Assembly: GCA_050250895.1 (NCBI GenBank)
Contig: JBFWNU010000010.1
Location: forward strand, 64,001-128,000
DNA from: Vulcanimicrobiota bacterium
GTDB lineage: Bacteria > Vulcanimicrobiota > Xenobia > Xenobiales > JADMJV01
Direction of reading: 5' to 3'
Length of the DNA: 64,000 nucleotides
In this document: piece after piece, positions 27,473-36,020 of the stretch
Layout of the letters: each line of letters begins with the position of its first letter
How positions within the stretch are numbered: the first letter of the stretch is position 1
The notes under the pieces: generated by a model
The model's input: only the letters and a program-made list of their open reading frames with translations
The model's database searches: none
What the model was told of the DNA's origin: nothing
Translations under genes and position numbers: made by a program

Positions 27473-30400
27473 TTGGCTTTGGATAGGCTTGCGCCCGAGG
27501 AACTGCGCGAAAAAGTTGCGCAGGCGGTGCTGGTCAAGATATTGCGGGGACTTCGTCCGCAATGTGCTGCCGTGCTTTTCCCTGAGGCGGAGGGTCTTCG
27601 CGTTTGGGCCGCGCGGGGGGTTAAGTCGCCTTCAGCCCTGGCTCAGGATCTGACCGTTCTGGAAGTGCTGAAGACCAAGCACTCCATTACCCGCGAGCGG
27701 GGCTACTGCTCCATCATGTGCGTGCCCCTGCTCGACTGGGGCCAGGGGGTCGAGGCGCTCTTCTATGCCCAATCCGCCTCGGGGCGCTTCTTTCAGCAGC
27801 GCGAGATGGATTGGCTCGATGCCCTGGCTTCCAAAGCGCGCGAGAAGCTTTGGGGTCCCGAGCCGCCCGAACCGGCCGAGGGTGATACCCCGGGTCGTTC
27901 GCTGACCGACGCCGCCCAGGAGGTTCTCGACACGGTCGTCGAGGTGCTCTCGCCTGAGCGGGCCGCAATCTTCTTTCAGGAGCCGCCCAACGAGGAACTG
28001 GCCGTGCTGGCCAGCCACCAACTACCCCGGGAGAATTTTCTGACCGAGGCTCCGGTAAGTTTCGCTTTGCTCGAGTCTCTGTGGGAGAAGGGTGAGCCCG
28101 TCAATATCGTCGACGCTCAGCAACACGAGTTGGCGGATCTCGAGGGAATCAAGGAGCATGGTATCCGCTCGGTGGCAGCCTGCCCGCTGTTTGATCAGGA
28201 AAACAAGGTTCGCGGTCTGCTCTATCTAGACAGTTGCCAGGAGGCGGGGCTCTTTCGTAGCCGAGAACTCAACCTGTTGCGCCAGCTAGGAGAGAAGCTG
28301 GCTAACGAGTGGCCAGCGGCCCTGGCGGTGCATAAGCCCAGTGAAGAAGACTGGAGCGCCGTGCTCGACTCGCTCTCGAAGACCAAGTCCAACCGCCAGA
28401 TTTCGGGCTGGGAGGTGCTGTTGGAGTCGTTGGCTCGCAACGACGGCGAAGCGCACGACGTCTCACGCCCCACCGAAGAACTGGCTCGGCCCATCGAGCT
28501 CGAGGCGTTCATTCCCCGCTTTTCAGAGCCCGACGACGACAATCTCATCTTCGAGTTCGACGAGGCCGAAAGCGACGAAGAACTGGTGGACCTGCCCGAA
28601 GTGGTGCCCGTGCCGCGAGTGGAGAAGATCAAGGCTCGTCCCGAACCAGAGTGGATCGAAGAAACCCCCGCGGCTCCGGGCGCCGACCCGCCACCGGCCC
28701 TGGAACTCGTCACCATCAACAAGCTCTTCCGGGGCAAGGCGCTCTTCCAGCGGTCGCTGCGAGGACGCAAGGGCCCAGGCCCGAGATCCGAAGCCGGCGA
28801 CGAGGAAGTAGCCGCCTCTGAGGAGCTGCCGACCTCGGAGCCCGACGCCTACGCCCCTGCCAGTGAACCCGAGCAGCCGGCCGAGACGCCTCTGGGGGCC
28901 CCGACGGTCGTCTTCGGAAGCGAGACCATGAGGCTCGGCATGGCCCCTGCCGAGGGCTGGCAGCCGGCTCAGACCTCGTGGGAGGCGCCGAGCCCTGCAG
29001 AGCAGGCTGAGGAGTGGGGGCCGTGGGTCAATATGGCCATGGCCGCCGAGCCCACCTTCACCTCGACCGAGGAACAGCCCGACGAGGAGTCCTTCGATGA
29101 GGCTCTGTTGGACGACTATCCGGAGGAGTTTGATCTGCAGGCCCCCGCCGGGGAGCCCGACAGGCCCGAGGCAGAATCACCGAGCGAGTCGGCTTCCGCC
29201 GCCTGGGTTGACGAACCCCAGCCAGCCTGGCCCGTCGCCGAGCCGGTCTGGCCCGCCTCGGACTGGCCGGCAGAGGGGGAAGCGGCGGCGGCCGGGCCCG
29301 GGCTCGAGCCGCGGATCGAGCTGGAGCCTCCACCCGAGTTCGTCGAGAGAGCGGCCCCCGACCTCAAGGCCGAGCCTGAGGAGTGGGCGGCCGAGCCCGA
29401 GGTTGAAGAGGCCGAACCTGAGGAGTGGGCGGCCGAGCCCGAGGTCGAGCAGGTCGAGGCCGCGCCTGAGGAGTGGGCGGCCGAGCCCGAGGTCGGGCAG
29501 GTCGAGGCCGAGCCTGAGGAGTGGTCGGCCGAACCCGAGGTCGAAGAGGTGGAGCCTGAGGAATGGTCGGCCGAGCCCGACGTTGATGAGATCGATTCTG
29601 AGGCCGAGGAGGGGGCGGCCCAGCCTGAGGCGGAGCGAGTCGAGGCTGAACCGGAAGAGTTGACGGCTGAGCCCGAGGACGACGAGGCCGAGCCCGAGGT
29701 TGAGCAGGTGGAGGCTGAGCCGCAAGAGTGGGCGGCCGAGGCCGAGGCTGAACCGGAAGAGCTGACGACTGAGCCCGAGGCCGAGGCTGAACCGGAAGAG
29801 CTGGCGACTGAGCCCGAGTCCGAGGCTGAACCGGAAGAGCTGACCACTGAGCCCAAGTCCGAGGCTGAACCGGAAGAGCTGACCACTGAGCCGGAGTCCG
29901 AGGCTGAACCGGAAGAGCTGACCACTGAGCCGGAGGCCGAAGCTGAACCGGAAGAGCTGACCACTGAGCCGGAGGCCGAGTCTGAACCGGAAGAGCTGAC
30001 CATCGAACCCCAGGCCGAGCCTGAGGCCGAGGAGTTCGCGCCCGTGTTCCAAGAGGAGTTCGGTTTCGTCCCGGACTCCGACGAGATGGCCGTCGAAGCT
30101 GACCCCGAGCCCCCAGCCGAGCCGAACGACGAGTCCTTCGAGGCCGAACCCGAGCCGTTTTCCGGGCCCGTGCGAACCTCGGGTCAGAACGATGACGGCT
30201 GGGAGTCGCAAGAGCCGGCCGTCGAGATGCTGGTCGAAGAGACGCGGGCCATGGCCTTCGACTCGATGGAGTTGGCCGTCGAGCCCACGATGGAAGAGGG
30301 CATCCGCCTGGTCGTTCCTGTTCCGGTCGCTCCACCCCCGACTCCCTCGCTGTTCGAGCGCATCTTGCGTTGGATCGGCCTCAAGTCGACCCCTGAGGGC

Positions 30401-30709
30401 CCGGTGCCGGTACCCGTGCGCATCAACGGCCGAGTATTGGTCGAGAGACCGCTAGCCGGCCGCGTGGGGCCCACGGAGATCGTCTTGCACTTTCCTCAGG
30501 CCCGACTTCGCATGGTGCTCGAACTCGAGCATGGCCAGACCGAGTATGATTTCTCGGCCAATTTCAGTCCTGACCGAGTGCCTGCCACGGCCTCACTGAC
30601 TCTTCGCAAGGCAGGCTATCACCCCGTCAAATTGACGGGCATTCGCCTGGTCGACGGCCAGGCCCAGGTACCCGAAGTGACGCTCCTTCCCGAGGAGCAG
30701 GAGCGGTAG
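27473..30709 (+). CDS. Two GAF-like domains + very long acidic Glu/Pro repeat linker + small C-terminal beta domain
   Basis: SIMCVPLL...LFYAQS; GIRSVAACPLFD...GLLYLDS...FRSRELNLL; several hundred E/P/A-rich residues. Confidence 0.8.
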   Translation: MALDRLAPEELREKVAQAVLVKILRGLRPQCAAVLFPEAEGLRVWAARGVKSPSALAQDLTVLEVLKTKHSITRERGYCSIMCVPLLDWGQGVEALFYAQSASGRFFQQREMDWLDALASKAREKLWGPEPPEPAEGDTPGRSLTDAAQEVLDTVVEVLSPERAAIFFQEPPNEELAVLASHQLPRENFLTEAPVSFALLESLWEKGEPVNIVDAQQHELADLEGIKEHGIRSVAACPLFDQENKVRGLLYLDSCQEAGLFRSRELNLLRQLGEKLANEWPAALAVHKPSEEDWSAVLDSLSKTKSNRQISGWEVLLESLARNDGEAHDVSRPTEELARPIELEAFIPRFSEPDDDNLIFEFDEAESDEELVDLPEVVPVPRVEKIKARPEPEWIEETPAAPGADPPPALELVTINKLFRGKALFQRSLRGRKGPGPRSEAGDEEVAASEELPTSEPDAYAPASEPEQPAETPLGAPTVVFGSETMRLGMAPAEGWQPAQTSWEAPSPAEQAEEWGPWVNMAMAAEPTFTSTEEQPDEESFDEALLDDYPEEFDLQAPAGEPDRPEAESPSESASAAWVDEPQPAWPVAEPVWPASDWPAEGEAAAAGPGLEPRIELEPPPEFVERAAPDLKAEPEEWAAEPEVEEAEPEEWAAEPEVEQVEAAPEEWAAEPEVGQVEAEPEEWSAEPEVEEVEPEEWSAEPDVDEIDSEAEEGAAQPEAERVEAEPEELTAEPEDDEAEPEVEQVEAEPQEWAAEAEAEPEELTTEPEAEAEPEELATEPESEAEPEELTTEPKSEAEPEELTTEPESEAEPEELTTEPEAEAEPEELTTEPEAESEPEELTIEPQAEPEAEEFAPVFQEEFGFVPDSDEMAVEADPEPPAEPNDESFEAEPEPFSGPVRTSGQNDDGWESQEPAVEMLVEETRAMAFDSMELAVEPTMEEGIRLVVPVPVAPPPTPSLFERILRWIGLKSTPEGPVPVPVRINGRVLVERPLAGRVGPTEIVLHFPQARLRMVLELEHGQTEYDFSANFSPDRVPATASLTLRKAGYHPVKLTGIRLVDGQAQVPEVTLLPEEQER
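29370..30010 (+). repeat. Intragenic tandem repeats: EPEEW(A/S)AEPEV units, then 7 x 39-bp units encoding AEPEELTTEPEAE
   Basis: Repeated GCTGAACCGGAAGAGCTGACCACTGAGCC at about 29745-30005. Confidence 0.9.
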
Positions 30710-30829
30710 ACTCCCCACCATGGAAAGGGCCTTGCGTTCGTGAAGTCCGCTCGTGCTCACCGGCCTGGCGACTTGCAACTGGAAGACCCTTCAGGAGGAA
30801 CCGGGATAGGGCTTGCCAAACGGCTGGGC

Positions 30830-32695
30830 ATGCATCGAAAAATCCTGCTTTTGCTAGCTTTGATTACTGTGACTGGACCGGCTCTGGCCCAGGGCATTCG
30901 CGTCGAACTCGATGGGCGGATGCTCAGCTTCGACCAGCCTCCGGCCATGATTGACGGGCGTTTGATGGTGCCCCTGCGTGGCATCTTCGAGGCTCTTGCG
31001 GCCGAGGTGCTCTATGACGGACCGACGCGAACCATCAAAGCCACCAAGGGCAGTACCGTGGTCGAACTCACCCTCGGCAGCCAGGCCGCTAAGGTCAACG
31101 GCAACAACGTCTATCTCGACGTGCCGGCCGGCACCCTGGGCGGTCGCACGATGGTTCCTTTGCGCTTCGTCTCCGAAGCTCTTGGCGCCGAGGTCAAATG
31201 GGACGGACTGACCAAGACCGTGCGCATCGCCGGCAGCGGCGGGGTGGTGGATAGCCCGGCTCCGCCTCCCACCAGCGGCGGGGAGCGTCCTGCGATTCAG
31301 TCGGTCATCCACACCGCCACCTCGACTCTGGCGCCCGGCCAGAGCTTTGACGTGGTCATTCTGGGCGACCCGGGTTGCCGGGCTCGCTTCGAGATCGTGG
31401 GCGCCATCCGCAGCGTGACCGTGCCCGAAGTGCGCAGTGGTCGCTACGAGACCCGCTACACGATCCCCAACGGCTTGCAAGTCGAGGGCGGGGTGCTGAT
31501 CGGCTATCTCACCAAGAATGGCCTCGAGACCGCCTCTGAAGCCAACCGCACCGTGACCATCCGGGGAGCGGCCGCGCCCCAACCGGCGGCCGACTGGGAG
31601 GTCTCCCCCGCTCCCAACTCCACCGTCAGCGAGACCCGCCCCACGATTACCGTAAACCCCCCGGGACGGGGCCGGCCGGACAACGTTCGCCTCTATGTCG
31701 ACGGTATCGATTTCTCTAACCAGGTGGACCGCCGTCGCCGCATCACCTGGACCCCGACCTACGATCTCAATCCCGGGACCCATCAGGTCGAAGTGGTGGT
31801 GGGCGACAACAATAGTCCTGAGCCTCAGACCTACACCTGGAGCTTCACTATCGGGGCCCCCACCACCGGCACGACCAATTTCTTCCCCACCAACGGTTCC
31901 ACCGTCACCGAGTCGCGGCCCCAGATCGGAGCCTCCTTCTCCACCGCCGTCAACAACCCGCGCCTGATCATCGACGGCGGTGATTTCACCGGCTCCTCGG
32001 TCGTCAGCGGCAACCAGATCTTCTGGAACCCCCCTTACGACCTGAGTCCGGGCCTTCACCGCGTGCAGGTCACGGGCTATGACCTCAACGGCCGTGCTCT
32101 CAACTACAACTGGACCTTCACCCTGAGCGCCCAGAACAATTCCATCACCGACGTGAGCTTTGCTCCCACGACCTTGCAGTCGGGGCAGACCACCACCATC
32201 ACCGTGCGTGGCCCGGGCGGAGCCTACGGGACTTACTCCCTTTCGAACGGTCGCAGTGGGGTCTTGCGCGAGATCCAAACGGGCGTCTACCAGGGCACCT
32301 ACACGGCCACCGGCGTCGACCAGGGCAGCGTCAGCCTGACCGCCCAGTTGCGCCTGACCAACGGCCAGACCATCAGCGCCAATGCACCCAGCAATTTGAG
32401 CTTCAACACCAGTTCGCTGACCGTCGACAACCTGCGCGACGGCATGACCGTGCCGGTGAGCTTCAACGTTCAGGGCAGCGGCGTTCCCGGTTCGCAGGTG
32501 GTGGTTCGGGTCACTTATCCCAAAGGCGATGTTTTCGGCACCAACTTGACCTTCCAGGCGGTCGGCCTGGTCGGAGCCAACCGTCGCTACGACATTAGCG
32601 TCGACGCCTCGCAGGTGCCCAGCGGCCGCCAGATGACGGTGCAGGTTAGCGATAGCGCCGGGAGCGCTCCCATCGTGATCACCCTTCGGCGTTGA
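30830..32695 (+). CDS. Secreted protein with copper amine oxidase N-terminal (stalk) domain and tandem Ig-like domains
   Basis: MHRKILLLLALITVTGPALA signal; GRLMVPLRGIFEAL, GRTMVPLRFVSEALGAEVKWD; duplicated ETRP..LxVDGxDF..YDLxPGxH modules. Confidence 0.88.
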   Translation: MHRKILLLLALITVTGPALAQGIRVELDGRMLSFDQPPAMIDGRLMVPLRGIFEALAAEVLYDGPTRTIKATKGSTVVELTLGSQAAKVNGNNVYLDVPAGTLGGRTMVPLRFVSEALGAEVKWDGLTKTVRIAGSGGVVDSPAPPPTSGGERPAIQSVIHTATSTLAPGQSFDVVILGDPGCRARFEIVGAIRSVTVPEVRSGRYETRYTIPNGLQVEGGVLIGYLTKNGLETASEANRTVTIRGAAAPQPAADWEVSPAPNSTVSETRPTITVNPPGRGRPDNVRLYVDGIDFSNQVDRRRRITWTPTYDLNPGTHQVEVVVGDNNSPEPQTYTWSFTIGAPTTGTTNFFPTNGSTVTESRPQIGASFSTAVNNPRLIIDGGDFTGSSVVSGNQIFWNPPYDLSPGLHRVQVTGYDLNGRALNYNWTFTLSAQNNSITDVSFAPTTLQSGQTTTITVRGPGGAYGTYSLSNGRSGVLREIQTGVYQGTYTATGVDQGSVSLTAQLRLTNGQTISANAPSNLSFNTSSLTVDNLRDGMTVPVSFNVQGSGVPGSQVVVRVTYPKGDVFGTNLTFQAVGLVGANRRYDISVDASQVPSGRQMTVQVSDSAGSAPIVITLRR

Positions 32696-34541
32696 GGTCC
32701 AGGCCGCGAACCTTACCAAACATCGACAAGCCCTCGATCAGCATCCAAATCTGAAGACAGAGCACTCCGCCGCCGAAGCCTAGCAACAGATAGTTCTGCT
32801 GGGTCAGCCATCCGGTGGTGGAGTTGAACATCTGCCACAGCATGGCCCAGGCCGGCAGCAGGATCATCAGGGCCATCGGCCCCAGCAAGAACCAGACCGG
32901 CCGGTTACGGCGCAACAGATAGAACGACACCACCATAAAGGCTAAGCCGGCCAGCAGCTGGTTGATGGCCCCGAACAAGGGCCACAGGATCAGGCCGCCG
33001 CTGCCCGGACCTCGGGTGCCGGGATAGAAAGCTACCAGCAGGCCCAATCCGACGGCCAGAGCGGTGGCTGCATACTTGTTGGTGAAGAGCCCAAAGTGGA
33101 GCGATTCGGCCAACTCTTGCACCACATAGCGCTGCAAGCGGGTGGCCGTGTCGAGAGTGGTGGCCGCAAAGCTTGCCACCAGCACGGCGATGATGGCGAT
33201 ACACAGTTTGATGGGCAGGCCCAGGGTCGAGAGAAAGTTGGCTCCGCCCTCGATGAAACCGGCCAGCTGATCGGCCAGGGCCAGGCTCGCCCAACCCCCT
33301 TTTTGTTCGACTTCGCCGTTCTCTTTGATGACGGCTCGCACCGGGGTGTAGTGATGCAGCCAGGCGTCTCGCCCCTTGAGCGCCTGGCCGGTCTCGGCGG
33401 CGATGGCGGGCAGATAATCGTATTGAGCCCCTTTGCCGTCGCGATCCCACTCGCCCATCCCCAGACCGCTGCAGCAACAGAGGATGACCAGCACGGCCAG
33501 AGCGCCTTCCAGCAGCATGGCACCGTAGCCGATGCTCTGGGCATCGGTCTCGCACTCGACCTGTTTGCTGGTGGTGCCGGAGCTGACCAGGCAATGAAAG
33601 CCGCTGATAGCGCCGCAGGCGATGGTGATAAACAGAAAGGGCAAGATGGGAGGGGCGTCGGGTGGGATTTCGGTGGCCACGGCCGGGGCGGTGGCGAACA
33701 GGCTGACCTGACCGGTGAGGCTGGCCACGGCCAAGCCCGTCACCAGCATTCCCAGGGCTACCAGCAATTGATGGCTGTTGATGTAGTCGCGCGGCTGTAA
33801 CAGCACCCACACCGGCAAGACCGAGGCGATGAAGCAGTAGACGAACAGTAGCACCGTCCAGAAGACCACCGTGTTCTTGAGGGTGGGGTGGAACAGCGGC
33901 AGCGGAATCTCCACCGGCAGCCAGTAGCAACCCACCACGATGAACCCGTACATCAGGATCAAAGCCACGATGGAAGGGATGAGCAAACCGCCCTTGCGCT
34001 TGTAGGCCCACCAGCCGACCGCGATGGCGATGGGGATCTCCATCCAGACCGACAGCACCGTCTCGGGATAGACGCTGAAGATGATGGCGATGACCAGCCC
34101 GAACACGCCCAGCACGATGGTGAGGGCAAAGAACAAGATGAGCAAGAAGACCAGGCGGGCGCGCGGGTTGATCAGGCGTCCGGCCAGATCGCCCACCGTC
34201 TTGCCTTCGCTCCGCATTGAGACCACCAGGGCCCCGAAATCGTGGACCGCCCCGATGAAGATCGAGCCGAAGATCACCCACAGCAGGGCCGGCAGCCAAC
34301 CCCAGAAGACGGCCACCGCCGGGCCCACGATAGGACCGGTGCCGGCGATGCTGGTGAAGTGATGCCCAAAGACGATCTCGGCCTTGGTGGGCACATAGTC
34401 CACCCCGTCATTGACGGTATGAGCCGGAACCGGGTTCTCGGGGTGAAGGCCGAAGATCTTGTCGGCCAACCATTTGCCGTAGGTTCGGTAGGCGACAATG
34501 AATCCGACAAAACTAAGAAAGGCGACCAGCAGGGTATCCAC
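32679..34541 (-). CDS. cstA: Carbon starvation protein A (peptide/pyruvate transporter)
   Basis: DGVDYVPT, GHHFTSIAGTGPIVGP, LPVWVLLQPRDY, TIACGAISGFH, TTLDTATRL, WPLFGAINQLL. Confidence 0.95.
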   Translation of the reverse strand: MDTLLVAFLSFVGFIVAYRTYGKWLADKIFGLHPENPVPAHTVNDGVDYVPTKAEIVFGHHFTSIAGTGPIVGPAVAVFWGWLPALLWVIFGSIFIGAVHDFGALVVSMRSEGKTVGDLAGRLINPRARLVFLLILFFALTIVLGVFGLVIAIIFSVYPETVLSVWMEIPIAIAVGWWAYKRKGGLLIPSIVALILMYGFIVVGCYWLPVEIPLPLFHPTLKNTVVFWTVLLFVYCFIASVLPVWVLLQPRDYINSHQLLVALGMLVTGLAVASLTGQVSLFATAPAVATEIPPDAPPILPFLFITIACGAISGFHCLVSSGTTSKQVECETDAQSIGYGAMLLEGALAVLVILCCCSGLGMGEWDRDGKGAQYDYLPAIAAETGQALKGRDAWLHHYTPVRAVIKENGEVEQKGGWASLALADQLAGFIEGGANFLSTLGLPIKLCIAIIAVLVASFAATTLDTATRLQRYVVQELAESLHFGLFTNKYAATALAVGLGLLVAFYPGTRGPGSGGLILWPLFGAINQLLAGLAFMVVSFYLLRRNRPVWFLLGPMALMILLPAWAMLWQMFNSTTGWLTQQNYLLLGFGGGVLCLQIWMLIEGLSMFGKVRGLDLNAEG

Positions 34542-34580
34542 GCCACGGGTTTCGCGATGGGTCCGGGCAGGGCCTATCCG

Positions 34581-34612
34581 TTCAGTGTGTTTTGAGGTCG
34601 CCAGGTTAGATT
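34581..34612 (+). promoter_or_regulatory. Shared promoter TTCAG-N6-TTGAG-N10-TAGATT, 6 nt before ATG 34619
   Basis: Spacings counted directly. Confidence 0.65.
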
Positions 34613-34618
34613 GCGCCC

Positions 34619-35101
34619 ATGCAGATCCGTTGTCATCAGCCTATCGCGCATGCCGCCAACTTGCGCCACATCGCTCCTCCTACCACTGCGGGCGCCTCGA
34701 ACGTGCCCACGGAAGAGGTCGAACTGAGCGTGCCCTCCTCGGCCGCCGCCGAAGCCGGTCGCTCTTCGGGCCTGGCGGGCCTGGCCAAGACCGCCGCCAT
34801 GGTAGGCCTGGCCCTGACCGGAGTCAGCTTGCTGGCCGGTTGCGACGGAGCCCCGCCCAGTCAGGGCGCCGGCACCAGCCAGAGCCAGCCCACCAGTCAG
34901 CGCTACAACTGGACCACCGGCGAGTTCGAGCACGCCAAAGAAGGCGACAAGCTGCGCTACAACGTCTGGGAAGGCGAGTTCGAGTACGCTGGCAAGAACG
35001 ACAAAATGCGTTACAACTGGGCCGAGGGCAAGATGGAGCGGGCGCCCGCCGACGCCAAGCTGCAATACAACTGGCTCTCGGGCAAGTTCGAGTACCGCTA
35101 G
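34619..35101 (+). CDS. Hypothetical protein: disordered leader + internal lipoprotein signal (LAGC, Cys75) + four 19-aa YN(W/V)xxG(E/K)(F/M)E repeats
   Basis: PTEEVELS; RSSGLAGLAKTAAMVGLALTGVSLLAGC; RYNWTTGEFE, RYNVWEGEFE, RYNWAEGKME, QYNWLSGKFE. Confidence 0.8.
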   Translation: MQIRCHQPIAHAANLRHIAPPTTAGASNVPTEEVELSVPSSAAAEAGRSSGLAGLAKTAAMVGLALTGVSLLAGCDGAPPSQGAGTSQSQPTSQRYNWTTGEFEHAKEGDKLRYNVWEGEFEYAGKNDKMRYNWAEGKMERAPADAKLQYNWLSGKFEYR

Positions 35102-35517
35102 AGTTTCTTCAAAGCGGCTCGCAGGCGCTCTTCTGAGGCGGCCGGTTCGGCCCGAATCAACCACTGGCCTGAGGGGTCGAGGATGAAGAGATAAGTCTGT
35201 CCCGCCTCCAGGTCCGGCTCGATGCCCGACCCTTCACGGATAGGCGAAACCCTCACCCCGCCTCGCTCGAGTTCGGTCGAGAACTGGTGCACGAACTGAT
35301 GGGGTGCCTCGATACTCAGCTGCACTCCCTCGAGCTGCTCGACCTCGACCACCACGCGCAGCACGTTCGGCTCGATCTCTACCCGCGAGCTGACCACCCG
35401 GGCCTTGATGATCTGCTGGTCGCGGCTGAGCACTTGTTCGAGAGTTTTGTGATAGATGCGGGTCGCGGCGGCCTCCCCGGCCAGACAGCAAATGAGTAGC
35501 AGTATCCAGCCTCGCAT
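35098..35517 (-). CDS. Secreted hypothetical protein
   Basis: MRGWILLLICCLAGEAAA signal; IIKARVVS...LEAGQTYLFIL pattern. Confidence 0.65.
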   Translation of the reverse strand: MRGWILLLICCLAGEAAATRIYHKTLEQVLSRDQQIIKARVVSSRVEIEPNVLRVVVEVEQLEGVQLSIEAPHQFVHQFSTELERGGVRVSPIREGSGIEPDLEAGQTYLFILDPSGQWLIRAEPAASEERLRAALKKL

Positions 35518-35573
35518 AGGCGTCACTTCGCCACGTCGGCAGGAGTCCATTCTCGCCGGCCAAAGTCTCTGGC

Positions 35574-35999
35574 ATGAAACTCGAGCTCGAAGTCAACGGT
35601 CAGACCATTCACGCCCTCTCGGCTGAGCACCTCAAGTCGATCGAGGACAAGGCCTATCCTCAGGTGATCGACCTGCGGCGCAATCACGAACTCGATTCCA
35701 AGCTCGCCGAGAGGCTACGCGAAGAAGGCGTCCACTACACCCACATCCCGGTCTCGCCCGAGACCTTGTCCGAGCAGGATGTGGACCACGTCCGTTGGGA
35801 GTTCGCCCGCCGCAAAGGCCCCTACGCGGTGCTCTCCAGCAAAGGCGTGCAGGCCGCGGCCGTGGTGTTGATGCATGCGGCCCGGGTCGAGGAGTGGGGT
35901 CTGGACGAAACGCTCAAGAAGTGCCCTGAACTCAAGAAAGAGAAACTGCTCAAGGCCTTTCTAGCCGGCTATCTCGAGCGTCACCGCGCCAAAGCGTGA
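35574..35999 (+). CDS. DUF442/PTP-like (sulfurtransferase-like) fold protein lacking the active-loop Cys
   Basis: QVIDLRRNHE...GVHYTHIPV...KGPYAVLSSKGVQA (expected HCxxGxR). Confidence 0.65.
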   Translation: MKLELEVNGQTIHALSAEHLKSIEDKAYPQVIDLRRNHELDSKLAERLREEGVHYTHIPVSPETLSEQDVDHVRWEFARRKGPYAVLSSKGVQAAAVVLMHAARVEEWGLDETLKKCPELKKEKLLKAFLAGYLERHRAKA

Positions 36000-36020
36000 C
36001 ATCCCCCGGCTTCGGTCGCT

